A DNA stretch of 63,710 bases, counting the filler, from Nemertoderma westbladi (lineage: Eukaryota > Animalia > Xenacoelomorpha): NCBI GenBank assembly GCA_032718475.1. It is 4 parts of 4 records of this genome, joined end to end, with 100 filler letters (N's around TTAATTAATTAA, not from the genome) between each part and the next. Parts side by side here need not be neighbours in the genome. Positions count along the whole stretch, not along the records: positions 19,477 to 50,547 come from JAUCBJ010006413.1; positions 50,648 to 57,527 come from JAUCBJ010003637.1; 2 more parts are not named here. One strand, 5' to 3'. A model generated the notes under the pieces. The model ran no database searches. It had not been told where the DNA came from and worked only from the letters and a program-made list of their open reading frames with translations. Position 1 is the first letter of the stretch; each line of letters opens with the position of its first letter. A program made the position numbers and the translations under genes. Of the stretch, positions 47,701 through 55,892 are shown piece by piece.

Positions 47701-50288
47701 CCAGGAACTTTAACGTCGCAGCCGAAAAACTAATGGAAAAGTTCATTGAGGACAAACTTCCAACACGTTGAATAACCTTCCTTTCTATACAGTCTTCTTT
47801 ACACAGGAAAACGGCAACACGCTGACAGGGCAACGCTAAATATTGATTCCGATACGCTAGTTGGGAGACGATAGATACTTTAATAACTCTTTTGTGTGAG
47901 AATGAATCCACTTTAATTTGTTTTACCTTTTCAATCAATTCTTGAGCAACATCGCCATGCATTACCGGTAATATGGAAAAATCATGTAAAAAATGTGATC
48001 TCTGATGAATACTGAATATGGGCTTACTGGGGGTGAGTACAAAACAAAGACCCAATTAAGTAACTTGCATAATATTTTAATGTAACATGTGTTAACTTTC
48101 GTGTATTGATTTGGTTCCCCCAACACGTCTCTTTATCCTGCTCCTTTACGAACCTGCTCCATTAGGGCAATGGAACATAACGCTCTTTGGTACCTGTACA
48201 AAGAAAGAGATAAAGTCGCGTTACGTCCCAAAGAGCGCTAGGTCCCGTAGCCATTTAAGGGAGGAGGTTAGTAAAGGAGCAGGTTACAGAGGCGTATTGG
48301 GGGAACCAAAACAATAAACGAAAGTTAACACATGTTTTGTACAGATCTTTAGCTGTTTGGTCTTTTGGTCTTCGGTCTTTGTTTTGTACTGACCTGGCTT
48401 ACTGGTCCAATTAACAGATGACCTAAATATTATTTAATATTGCAAACGTTAATCAGTTTATTGCTGTATTGTGAATATTATAATATACCGGTAATGTCAA
48501 TGTCAATGGCTGAATATTGGAATGGTACTGGTAACATAATCTTTAAATATTTAGATTGACATTATGTAACTATGTACCGATGTATAGTATCAGTAACTAA
48601 AAGTGGAATGTAATTTTAAAGGACCCTCTTTCTGTCTTGTACATAAGCTTTCGGTGTTAGGGCTTTAGTCTTTAGAGGCTATCCTCTAGATTATACTTTA
48701 CTTAGGTACATATTGTGCATTTATTTCTATACAGCTATAGGCCTATGGGTTTTATTCTTTGGATACAAAGTACGGTAGGGCGCGTATGTACATTAAATAT
48801 GTACTGTCACTGTACATTGTGCAATTATATATATCTTCCGTTGTATAATTCTATAAACAACAGAATAAATAATAATTAATCGATCCAACGAATCTTTACA
48901 AAAAAAGTTCAAATAAATACAAAATAGTATAAAGAGTACAATAAAGTGCAAAAATAGTACAAACGAGTGAGAAACGCCAGTACGCATGCAAAACATGCAT
49001 CCCAGTGTAGTATACATATACACTACACTTGTTGCTTGTATACAAATGTAATTAATTGTAAGCAAATGCAACGGCACTGAAATATGCGCCGCTACCAGCT
49101 ACAGTGTCAATAGCGGCCTTGGCTCTGTGGTCAAGTATGAAATGATTGACAGAACTTTGATCATGTATATTTTGACAGGATAATGCAATACATAATATGC
49201 AGTGGGTAGATATAAAGTATAAAGGTCATACCGGTAGTCTTAAAGTAGCCCCTATACTCACTGAAGGATAGACTGTATGCATGCTACATAGACTACGTTT
49301 ATTATGTAGGTTATGTATGTAATATGTATCATCATCCAGTCATACATATTACATACACTACATCTACTATTTCAGAGGGAGAACCAGAGAACTCAATACA
49401 GCAATAACAGAATAAAGTTGCGAGATAGAGGCATACATAATGTATGCCTCTATCTAGCAACTTTATTCTGTTATTGCTGTATTTTGTTCTATAGGGTTTT
49501 CCTTCTGAAATTTTGCGGGCTTGGGACCATTTTTTTTCGAACACAAAAATCTGCATTAAATTTAAAACTCATAAGATTGTATTGTCATGCTCTCTGACGA
49601 CTAGATCAGCCCCCGCTCAATGCGCGGCTCGCCCCACAATGCTTTGGTTTATTTTGCACACCATGCCCCACTACAGCCTGACAGCTCCATGTCTGCCTGT
49701 ATGTACACAGTTTGAACTACCGGTACCTTAGTATACACTTTTGCAAGCGTTTCTCACTCGTTTGTACTCTTCTGTACTAGGCCTATTTTTGCACTCTTTT
49801 GTACTATTTTTGCACTTTATTGTACTCTTTTGTACTACAATCTGACAGTACTGCAGTACAATATTGTACCATTTTGTACAGATTCGTCGGACCCTAATAA
49901 ATAAAAATACGTATTACAGTATTACTGATTTAGACAGTTAGAGTTCTGCAGTTAACTGGTTAAAATAAAAGACATTCCTCAAGAACAACAAACCATATTT
50001 AGTCACTCAATCATGAAACTTCATCACACAGTCACATTGCACATAGGCCTACCGTATCATCATATCAAACAATAATTGATAATTAGAAGTCAACTCAAAT
50101 CTCTAAATGGAAGAATGGTGATAAAATACACCGTGTAATTTCGCTTTCATTTTGAAAGCTACCGTGTGACCGTCAGACCGTACTGCCGTAAGTCAGTACA
50201 GCAGTAGGCCTACTGCAGTCAGACAGTTGGTGAGTCCAGGAGTCGGAATCGGAAGTCGCTAACCTTGTAATTTTCTTTTATCAGCCAT
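23579..50288 (-). CDS. CNOT3: CCR4-NOT transcription complex subunit 3 (11 exons visible; NOT-box exons not found)
   Basis: Spliced translation [81 protein letters not shown]..(Ser-rich linker)..[31 protein letters not shown] boundaries have consistent phases except one ambiguous acceptor (exon 8). Confidence 0.95.
23859..24012 (-). CDS. CNOT3: CNOT3 exon 10
   Basis: ag|[23 protein letters not shown]|gtaagt; contains the conserved LKSMAE motif. Confidence 0.88.
24514..24656 (-). CDS. CNOT3: CNOT3 exon 9
   Basis: ttag|[23 protein letters not shown]|gtaagt; phases fit both neighbours. Confidence 0.75.
25988..26292. repeat. 43-bp minisatellite (~7 copies)
   Basis: Unit GTTTATTTGTTCACAGGAATTATACTCAGCAGGGATATTAATC. 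Confidence 0.95.
26410..28123 (-). repeat. 46-bp tandem array (~37 copies) of the CNOT3 exon 8 3' end plus splice donor
   Basis: Minus-strand unit GCACCCAACATCAACTCCAACCCACCCACAGATAG|GTGAGTTACTA. The first copy is the exon end itself (28088-28122). Confidence 0.93.
28088..28314 (-). CDS. CNOT3: CNOT3 exon 8 (acceptor ambiguous: 28314 or 28297)
   Basis: ..[29 protein letters not shown]|gtgagt. The 28297 acceptor fits the phase-1 donor of exon 7. Confidence 0.65.
28580..28793 (-). CDS. CNOT3: CNOT3 exon 7 (Ser-rich linker)
   Basis: ttccag|[23 protein letters not shown]|gtaagt; GC-rich open island within AT-rich intron. Confidence 0.7.
29369..30010. mobile_element. Degenerate MITE-like element with ~150-bp imperfect inverted ends
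   Basis: TCCGTATAGCACTA..GTTCTAGAACATAA..AGCTAG is mirrored at 29850-30010. The interior is homologous to 18725-19005. Confidence 0.6.
31133..32468. mobile_element. Non-autonomous DNA transposon with ~415-bp TIRs (CACCATGA...TCATGGTG)
   Basis: 31133-31551 and 32054-32468 are near-identical reverse complements, including a poly-C/poly-G tract. Another arm copy lies at 50648-50955 and a diverged copy at 33360-34805. Confidence 0.88.
31619..31993 (-). pseudogene. Probable degraded L1/Tx1-type LINE ORF2 C-terminal (zf-RVT-like) fragment
   Basis: [23 protein letters not shown]....W resembles the LR.FQF..LHR....T...C..C...ET..HLF..C....W pattern. Eye-level similarity only. Confidence 0.4.
33360..34805. 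mobile_element. Diverged copy of the 32054-32468 TIR arm, interrupted by an insertion
   Basis: 33360-33554 aligns with ~32070-32265 (CTCAGCT, TTTGGAATCCTTG, GTGAAGAAT). 34593-34805 aligns with ~32260-32468 (TGTTTCAAATTTCA, poly-G, GACACT, GGTG). Confidence 0.7.
33555..34592. mobile_element. Foldback-like element with 17-bp subterminal repeats and internal 68-bp array
   Basis: Ends read GGTGCGCAGCAAACTTCGCCC and, reverse-complemented, GGTTGAGTGCAAACTTCGCCC. Direct repeat GAAATTTC(G) at 33547 and 34593. The 17-bp unit ACGCGGGCGAAGGTTGT spans ~34125-34585, with degenerate inverted copies at 33565-33685. A 68-bp unit x~5.5 spans ~33690-34075. Confidence 0.82.
34947..35019 (+). tRNA. tRNA-Arg (anticodon TCT), intronless
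   Basis: 73 nt. Acceptor GTCCCTG/CAGGGAT, D arm GCGC AATGGATA GCGC, anticodon arm CTGGA-CTTCTAA-TCCAG, T arm GTGGG TTCGAGT CCCAC, discriminator G. Confidence 0.96.
35020..35025 (+). terminator. RNA polymerase III terminator (T6)
   Basis: TTTTTT immediately after the tRNA. Confidence 0.8.
35364..36344 (+). CDS. DBNL: Drebrin-like protein / Abp1, exon 1 (ADF-H domain + charged coiled coil)
   Basis: [67 protein letters not shown]; donor CAG|gttggt, phase 0. Confidence 0.93.
36683..37108 (+). CDS. DBNL: Drebrin-like protein / Abp1, exon 2 (C-terminal SH3)
   Basis: ctcttttag|AAT ACC.. in frame with [39 protein letters not shown]; spliced length 468 aa. Confidence 0.92.
   Translation, partial: NTESSKPTIQPVETVADDKGWEEDEELEVDNKVDAAVVDRVSGHPGSGDAVSGAAPPELLRTYSDPLEEDAYEQFSEDTQPAGSMTAVAIFDYDAEDDSEISFLPGDRIVSINRIDDGWWEGEAPDGKYGMFPANYVELVE
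37919..38052 (-). CDS. CNOT3: CNOT3 exon 6 (Ser/Pro-rich linker)
   Basis: tttag|[32 protein letters not shown]|gtgagt; phase-compatible with exons 5 and 7. Confidence 0.75.
38694..42876. mobile_element. Tc1/mariner(pogo)-type MITE expanded by an internal ~4.1-kb composite satellite
   Basis: TA|CCGTATTTCTTCTAATAAGAGCC ... GGCTCTTATTCGAAGAAATACAG|TA. The interior is built from ~17-bp CGAATAAACGCCCCCCT units interspersed with CCATCAAATTAGCAACTTAAACGCCTTCTC. Confidence 0.85.
43128..43296 (-). CDS. CNOT3: CNOT3 exon 5
   Basis: ag|[33 protein letters not shown]..; donor A|gttagt inferred from the phase of the next exon. Confidence 0.85.
43623..43844 (-). CDS. CNOT3: CNOT3 exon 4
   Basis: ag|[44 protein letters not shown]|gtacgg. 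Confidence 0.92.
44399..44608. repeat. Perfect ~57-bp-arm inverted repeat with internal hairpin
   Basis: TATGCAGTACAAATG..GCATGCAAT is mirrored exactly. The spacer holds the hairpin TGATCAGCTGAC-AACT-GTCAGCTGATCA. Confidence 0.9.
45726..45854 (-). CDS. CNOT3: CNOT3 exon 3
   Basis: ag|[43 protein letters not shown]|gtgagt. Confidence 0.95.
46777..47009 (-). CDS. CNOT3: CNOT3 exon 2
   Basis: ttacag|GT GAA ATC..KLIET|gtaggt; N-terminal coiled-coil (Not3 N-terminal domain). Confidence 0.95.
48031..48395. mobile_element. Small TIR element with 10-bp flanking direct repeat, containing a nested palindromic MITE (~48083-48335)
   Basis: GGGTGAGTACAAAACAAAGACC ... GGTCTTTGTTTTGTACTGACCT, with GGCTTACTGG at 48021-48030 and 48396-48405. 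Inner inverted repeat AACATGTGTTAACTTTCG..GGTTCCCCCAA / TTGGGGGAACC..CGAAAGTTAACACATGTT. Confidence 0.78.
48881..49894. mobile_element. MITE-like element with imperfect TIRs and central 89-bp hairpin (49395-49483)
   Basis: CGATCCAACGAATCTTTACA..AGTACAAACGAGTGAGAAACGC versus GCGTTTCTCACTCGTTTGTACT..TGTACAGATTCGTCGGACCC. No clean TSD. Confidence 0.65.
50264..50288 (-). CDS. CNOT3: CNOT3 coding exon 1 (MADKRKLQ-G)
   Basis: ATG at 50288; donor G|gttagc, phase 1. Confidence 0.92.
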
Positions 50289-50547
50289 AAGAGTAAGACT
50301 CCTGTAAATTCTATCCACATAATTTTCCTTCAGCGAAGGACAAAATATAATTAATCTGCTTGTAATATCAAAATATACCGGCAATAATATAATATCAGAC
50401 TGTCAGAAAATATGGCAGTATGCCCTATGTACAGATGTAATAATCAACGGTACCGGTCACCGGTACAGTCAGACAGTAGGCCTACAGCAGTAGGCCTATT
50501 TTATGTTATACTGTCAGACTGTTATATACCTAGGGCCTATCAGATAT

Positions 50548-50647
50548 NNNNNNNNNNNNNNNNNNNNNNNNNNNNNNNNNNNNNNNNNNNNTTAATTAAT
50601 TAANNNNNNNNNNNNNNNNNNNNNNNNNNNNNNNNNNNNNNNNNNNN
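50548..50647. other. Artificial contig linker / assembly gap
   Basis: Ns flanking TTAATTAATTAA. Confidence 0.97.
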
Positions 50648-50955
50648 TTTGAAACATAACCAGTTCCACTCACCGTCGATGACCCCATGAAGCGGAATTT
50701 TCGATTTTGCCTTTAAATTTTTTTTATACGCGTTTTAAAAAAGTGTCTTTTGCGAAATCGCACCCTCCGCATCGTGGCCATTCTTCACATTAGTCGTACT
50801 TTTTTTCATCATTAAACAGCTTGCGTTGCAAGGGTTCAAAATATGTAACAATATCTGAATTTCGTTGAGAAACAGCTGAGATTCAGGCGTTCAAAGATTG
50901 CAAGAATTATCGTTCGCTGCAGGCCATTCAATCTATTTAATAAATACACAAATTT
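50648..50955. mobile_element. Partial copy of the 31133-31551 TIR arm
   Basis: High identity to ~31232-31540. Confidence 0.85.
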
Positions 50956-51723
50956 GAAAAAATGTCTCCGTCGATATTGCAACAGTGAAACACTGCAGTC
51001 ATTATATAACTATGTAGTGGTTAGTTGGTACTGATGGAAAGCTGGCCATGCAAGGATTACAAATGCAACAAGCGCGAAATCGCGCAAAGGTCCACGTCTA
51101 ATAACGAAAGAACTGTCTCCTTGAATGGCTTAATACATACCAACCTGAATCATGCTTTTAATGTTTATATTAAACAAATTTTACAAAACCGAAATAGTTT
51201 CTTCGAAAAATATTATATTTATAAATGTGGGATTGAACCGGTATCTCGAATTCAAAGTCCAACATCCGCCCTATCAATTGATCAAAAGCGCCGTACACTA
51301 CAGATTTAGCAAATGTAAGTGAAAATCAACAACACCAAATAACTTCAACAACTTACTCATGTCCAAACCTTCTACTTTTTGATAGATAGATATAGATATA
51401 TAGATCATAAAAAATCGGATCAACACACTGTAAAGTAGAAACTTTACACAACTGTGAAATGTAAAGTACGAAAATTATTAAGCCAACATTATTGTTTGTA
51501 CAATGTTTGTGTTTGTATGTCGACAATTTATTGGGAAGTGCAGAAGTAACTCGTGAATTCTAATTCTTAGCTGACGCAATTTCAATTTGTTAAAAACCTA
51601 AAGTAAGTACCAGGGGTTATTAGGGGAATAGGAGCAGGTTAAACTGACAGAAATATACTTTCTTATTACTTATAACTTATTACTCTTACTTATAGGGGTG
51701 GGGTGGGCGGGCAGGGGTCACTT

Positions 51724-51898
51724 TTTATAGGCCAAAAAATTAAAAAACCTTTTTTGTTCGGTTTGATGCAGGATTTAATGCAAACCCGAATATGTAAGTC
51801 GAATATGTAAGTCAGTGTACTTACATATTCGGGTTTGCATTAAATTCTGCATCAAACCGAACATAAAATGTTATTTTTTGAATTTTTTGGCCTATAAA
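51724..51898. repeat. Hairpin MITE-like inverted repeat
   Basis: TTTATAGGCCAAAAAATT..TGCAAACCCGAATATGTAAGT is mirrored, with flanking G-rich and C-rich tracts. Confidence 0.8.
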
Positions 51899-52100
51899 GC
51901 CCCCTCCCCCCCCCCCCCCCCCCCCCCGAATAAGTGTGTAAAAAGTAAAAACTAGGAATTCTGGATCAACAAGAATGCGAATGATAATTATTTATTAAAT
52001 AAATATAACAAAATTAATATATTATACCAAAATATCAAATTACTATTTCATTGGCATATCGAATATAAGACGGAACCCTGATTGGTCGGTCGATATTCCG

Positions 52101-53033
52101 TTAGAAAATCGCAGGTAAAACGATTTTCCGTATGTGTTGCCGGAATGTTGGATATCGAGTGACGGGGCATTGTTTAAACTTCGTCACGAAACCCTCGGCG
52201 CAGACACGGTGGCAAACGCAGCCGCTCGTCGTCAAGGCAACCAAATCGTTATCCAACAACTGTTTGCACACGGGGCACTGATTGGTCGGCAGTGACGTAG
52301 GACGGGGTTGCGGGGGACCAATAGGGGAGGGTATTGATGGTTGCGAGTCCTTATTGCGAATGAACACTTCCAGGAATTGTAAACACAAGGCGACAACGGT
52401 GAGAAATTCCGTGAAGTTACGGAATGTGAAAGACCAACGCAGGTATTGGCAGATCGTAGAGCCTTCGCCGAGAGCGGGGAAACGGGGGCGGTCTTTATTC
52501 TCAGTTATTGTGGACCCAGACATCGCCACAGCGACAGAATGGCAGTGATATTTCCCGCAGATGTACAGCAGTTTGCACGCGAAGTTAGCTAACCGAAGGC
52601 ACGTCATCGCACACTCGTACAACTTGTGAATGGCTTGAGGAGTTAAGTTTTTTTTCTCGTATTGCACGTATTCCTCGCCACATTGTGGGACAACGTGGGT
52701 TAGAAATAACACACGTAGTAAACAATATATCGATAAGGGAGAATCCTGTTGGTTAGCCTTAGTACCGGTTCTTTCATTCCTCTCGAGGGAGTAATAATGT
52801 TCCCCGAACGTCCCGCATTCCGCACGGAGGTAGTACGCGTCGAGGATTAGCAAAGTTAATCGGATTAGTCGGTCGGTTTTCCCGTTAAGGCGGTCGATTA
52901 AACGAGCCGCATTCGTTAAGTTTTCCGGGTATCCCCCAGAAATTGTTGATGCCAAGTACTTGATAGCGGGTTTCAGCAGTTTCGTTAGCTTTTCCGAACT
53001 TATAACTTTAAATATCGATGGTTTGTTCGCCAT
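52101..53033 (-). CDS. PEX12: Peroxisome assembly protein 12 (RING peroxin), intronless, divergent
   Basis: ATG at 53033. KPSIFKVI..LKPAIKY, YL....TFGEHYYSLER, QFLE, and a degenerate C-terminal RING CPVC..ALTTSGCV..C....V.....CPVT.YPT...HIRKI match the PEX12 pattern. Confidence 0.85.
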   Translation of the reverse strand: MANKPSIFKVISSEKLTKLLKPAIKYLASTISGGYPENLTNAARLIDRLNGKTDRLIRLTLLILDAYYLRAECGTFGEHYYSLERNERTGTKANQQDSPLSIYCLLRVLFLTHVVPQCGEEYVQYEKKNLTPQAIHKLYECAMTCLRLANFACKLLYICGKYHCHSVAVAMSGSTITENKDRPRFPALGEGSTICQYLRWSFTFRNFTEFLTVVALCLQFLEVFIRNKDSQPSIPSPIGPPQPRPTSLPTNQCPVCKQLLDNDLVALTTSGCVCHRVCAEGFVTKFKQCPVTRYPTFRQHIRKIVLPAIF

Positions 53034-53840
53034 AATTGTTATCAAACAATTAATAGGCCTAAGGTTATTTTCACTTCGTTAACATTCACTGCTACATAAT
53101 TCACCCATTATTCTGGTGCGCAAATAAAGATAAAATTATTGTCAATAAAAAAATATATAATACCTACTACACTCTACTGCTCTACTCCTCTACATGTGTA
53201 GCGTCACCTACATAACCGGGTACGCAACAGGCTGACAGCGTCAGGCAGACAAGGTATCCCACATTCCTTTTTCAGTGAGTCAGTCTTAACAACTTCAATT
53301 ATGCCTACCGAAATTGAGAAATTAGGGAGGCGGCGGGCTTTCTGGCTTTAGACGGACTCAAAATTAATTCCTCTCCAGAGGAAAATCGACAGCGATAACA
53401 GCAGATTACTCCCTAAAATAAAATTGTAAACCATTACATTGTCTTTAGTTTAGGCCTATTGTTTTGGTTAGATAATAAGCAATAAGGAATCCCTTACAAT
53501 TGATATTTTAACATTGATACTAGAAATTAGAAATTAATCCCCCCCCCCCCCCCCCGCTCCCTAGTCACAAAACTGTACTTCGAAACGAATACAGCGGGGG
53601 CAAGGAAGGCTAAGGCAGAAGGCCCAGACTCCCAGGCCTATTTCCAGTATCGCAGTACAGCAGGCTGGCAGGTGCTATCGAGCACTGATTGGAGAATTGA
53701 GGGTTGATTGCCAAAAATACCGGTAGTATACCAGTATACTTTTGACAAGCAGACAACTGACAACATTACAATATCACCTTTTTAAAAAGGCCACTTTTCT
53801 GCCAAATTTAATATAAGCCAATAGGGCTAAAGTTTAGTGT

Positions 53841-53853
53841 GTTGCTAGGTAAC
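53841..53853. promoter_or_regulatory. RFX X-box motif upstream of DNAJB13
   Basis: GTTGCTAGGTAAC matches the X-box consensus, ~520 bp upstream of a motile-cilium gene. Confidence 0.55.
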
Positions 53854-54374
53854 GCATGTAACAAAGGCAGAAAGGCTTAGTTAGGCCTAGCAGTATTGTA
53901 AAAAATCATTAGCAAACAATTCAGTTTCATGCAGTATTCAGATAATTTCAAATTGATGGAATTTGACACGTTTTTTATGATATTATTTAATACAGTAATA
54001 TACAGCCCATTCGTAAAATATTTATTGATCGAAGTTTAATTCAAATTTCTAATTTATATGTACCGGTAGGCTTCCCAACCAACACATCTTAAAAACTCGA
54101 AAGCTGCAAACGCTTAGAAGCCTAGCGGAAGGCAAATTACAACTAATATAATATTATAAGATATTAATATTATATTGTCATCGTCTATCATTATTGTATT
54201 GTTGTACAGTAGGCCTATATTTTGTGTAGGTAAGTATACGTAAACCTAATTACACCAAATGGTTTACCAGATTCAATTAATTAGGCCTAATTAGGCTAAA
54301 TTTTAACTGTAGTGAGTGTAGATGTACTCGTACTGAACATACGTATATCCTGAGTTTTGATTATTTTAAACAAA

Positions 54375-55352
54375 ATGGGTCTTGATTACTACGCAATCCT
54401 AAACATCACGCGGAGCGCCACCGACGCCGAGATTAAACGCGCTTACCGCAAACTCTCACTGAAACACCACCCGGAGCAGTCCCCGAACGAGGATGGAGTG
54501 GAGGAAGACCCAGAACGTTCTGAGAGGTTCAACCTGCTGTCCGAGGCTTACGACGTGCTCTCCGATCTCAAACACAAAGCGATCTACGACCAGTTCGGAG
54601 AGGAAGGGCTAAAGAAAGGCGTTCCAACGGCCCAGAGTGCGGAACCCCCGTCGTTCTGGACACCCGGGTACACGTACCACGGCGATTCACTGAAAGTATT
54701 CCACGACTTCTTCGGAGGAGACAATCCCTTCTCCCAGTACACGGAGATAGACGGCGATAGGTCAATGTCCTTCGGGGGTCTTTACGGGCGCGCTCAGAAG
54801 AAACAAGATGAGGCTATAGAGCGGGATTTATTGTTGTCCTTAGAGGAAACATTCCACGGCTGTGTGAAAAAGATGAAGATATCCCGTAGAGTTATGAACG
54901 AAGATGGTCACACTTCGAGCATTCGAGATAAGATTCTAACCATCAATGTAAAGCGTGGTTGGCGTGAAGGCACCCGTATCACATTCCCCAAGGAAGGCGA
55001 CCAGGGTCCCAACTGTGTCCCCGCGGACATCGTGTTTATACTGAGGAATAGGCCGCACCCGCGGTTCTCACGTCAAGGTAACGATCTGGTACACGTGGCC
55101 CCGGTGCCCTTGGTGCAAGCCTTGACTGGGTGCAGCGTGAGTGTGGTCACCTTGGATGAGCGTCTGGTTAATGTTCCCGTCAACGAGATTATTCGTCCCG
55201 GATTCCGGAAGGTGATACCCGGGGAGGGGATGCCGCTTAGTAAGAATCCCGATCTCAAGGGGGATCTAGTTCTAGAGTTCGATATTCAGTTCCCGATGAA
55301 ACTCTCTCCAGATCAAAAGAACTTACTTAAAGAAGCTCTAGCTAGACACTAA
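54375..55352 (+). CDS. DNAJB13: DnaJ homolog subfamily B member 13 (radial spoke RSP16-like), intronless
   Basis: MGLDYY..AYRKLSLKHHPE..EAYDVLSD..YDQFGEEGLK..FFGGDNPF..FGGL.GR..KKQD..IERDL.LSLEE..GC.KKMKISRRVMNEDG.TSSIRDKILTI.VK.GW..GTRITF..EGDQGPN..PAD. Confidence 0.92.
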   Translation: MGLDYYAILNITRSATDAEIKRAYRKLSLKHHPEQSPNEDGVEEDPERSERFNLLSEAYDVLSDLKHKAIYDQFGEEGLKKGVPTAQSAEPPSFWTPGYTYHGDSLKVFHDFFGGDNPFSQYTEIDGDRSMSFGGLYGRAQKKQDEAIERDLLLSLEETFHGCVKKMKISRRVMNEDGHTSSIRDKILTINVKRGWREGTRITFPKEGDQGPNCVPADIVFILRNRPHPRFSRQGNDLVHVAPVPLVQALTGCSVSVVTLDERLVNVPVNEIIRPGFRKVIPGEGMPLSKNPDLKGDLVLEFDIQFPMKLSPDQKNLLKEALARH

Positions 55353-55654
55353 TTTTTACAAATAACTTTAACTATTTCCTATTTAAAAAAATATCTGGCA
55401 AATTATTGCTTTTTCTAACTGTAAATTCTATGTTATTATTATTTTAGTTGTCATCAGACCTTTATAATTTGTCATTAATTTATAACATTCGTAGACCGCT
55501 TATGGCACCACACCAGTGTATCTTGAAAAAGTATATCTGGTTATATTTAATAATATCTTAATATGGGGGATACTATATTCGAAACAAAACTTGCAACATT
55601 ACTTTGTCGCTTTCAACTTAGGTAGTTCCTTTATGAACTTTCACTTTAGGAGAT

Positions 55655-55892
55655 AAGAAAGCAAAAACCGGATGCGACCCGAAGGCTCCTCTTTCAATAG
55701 CTGATACCCGAGGGTAGGGGTTGGCGCTACTCCTATCCTAAGTTTGGTTTCCAGAAATTCAACTGGTCTTAATTTTATTGACACCGTCATTGTGATACGA
55801 GTTTAACCGTTACAGAGATACAGTACATCTATAAAAACAACATATCAATATGGGATAGAACCCGGTATCTCGAATTCCAAGTTCAACCTTCT
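55655..55892 (-). mobile_element. tRNA-derived SINE-like fragment
   Basis: Reverse complement TTGAACTTGGAATTCGAGATACCGGGTTCTATCCC resembles an anticodon/T-arm with B-box. A related head lies at 51229-51280. Confidence 0.45.

Noticed and set aside
47606-48055. 149-aa minus ORF in CNOT3 intron 1
   Set aside because: Non-ATG start inside a MITE end and no recognisable domain.
51229-51280. Second tRNA gene (Gln-like) on the minus strand
   Set aside because: Only a B-box and partial anticodon arm are present, with no acceptor stem; treated as a SINE or pseudo-tRNA relic.
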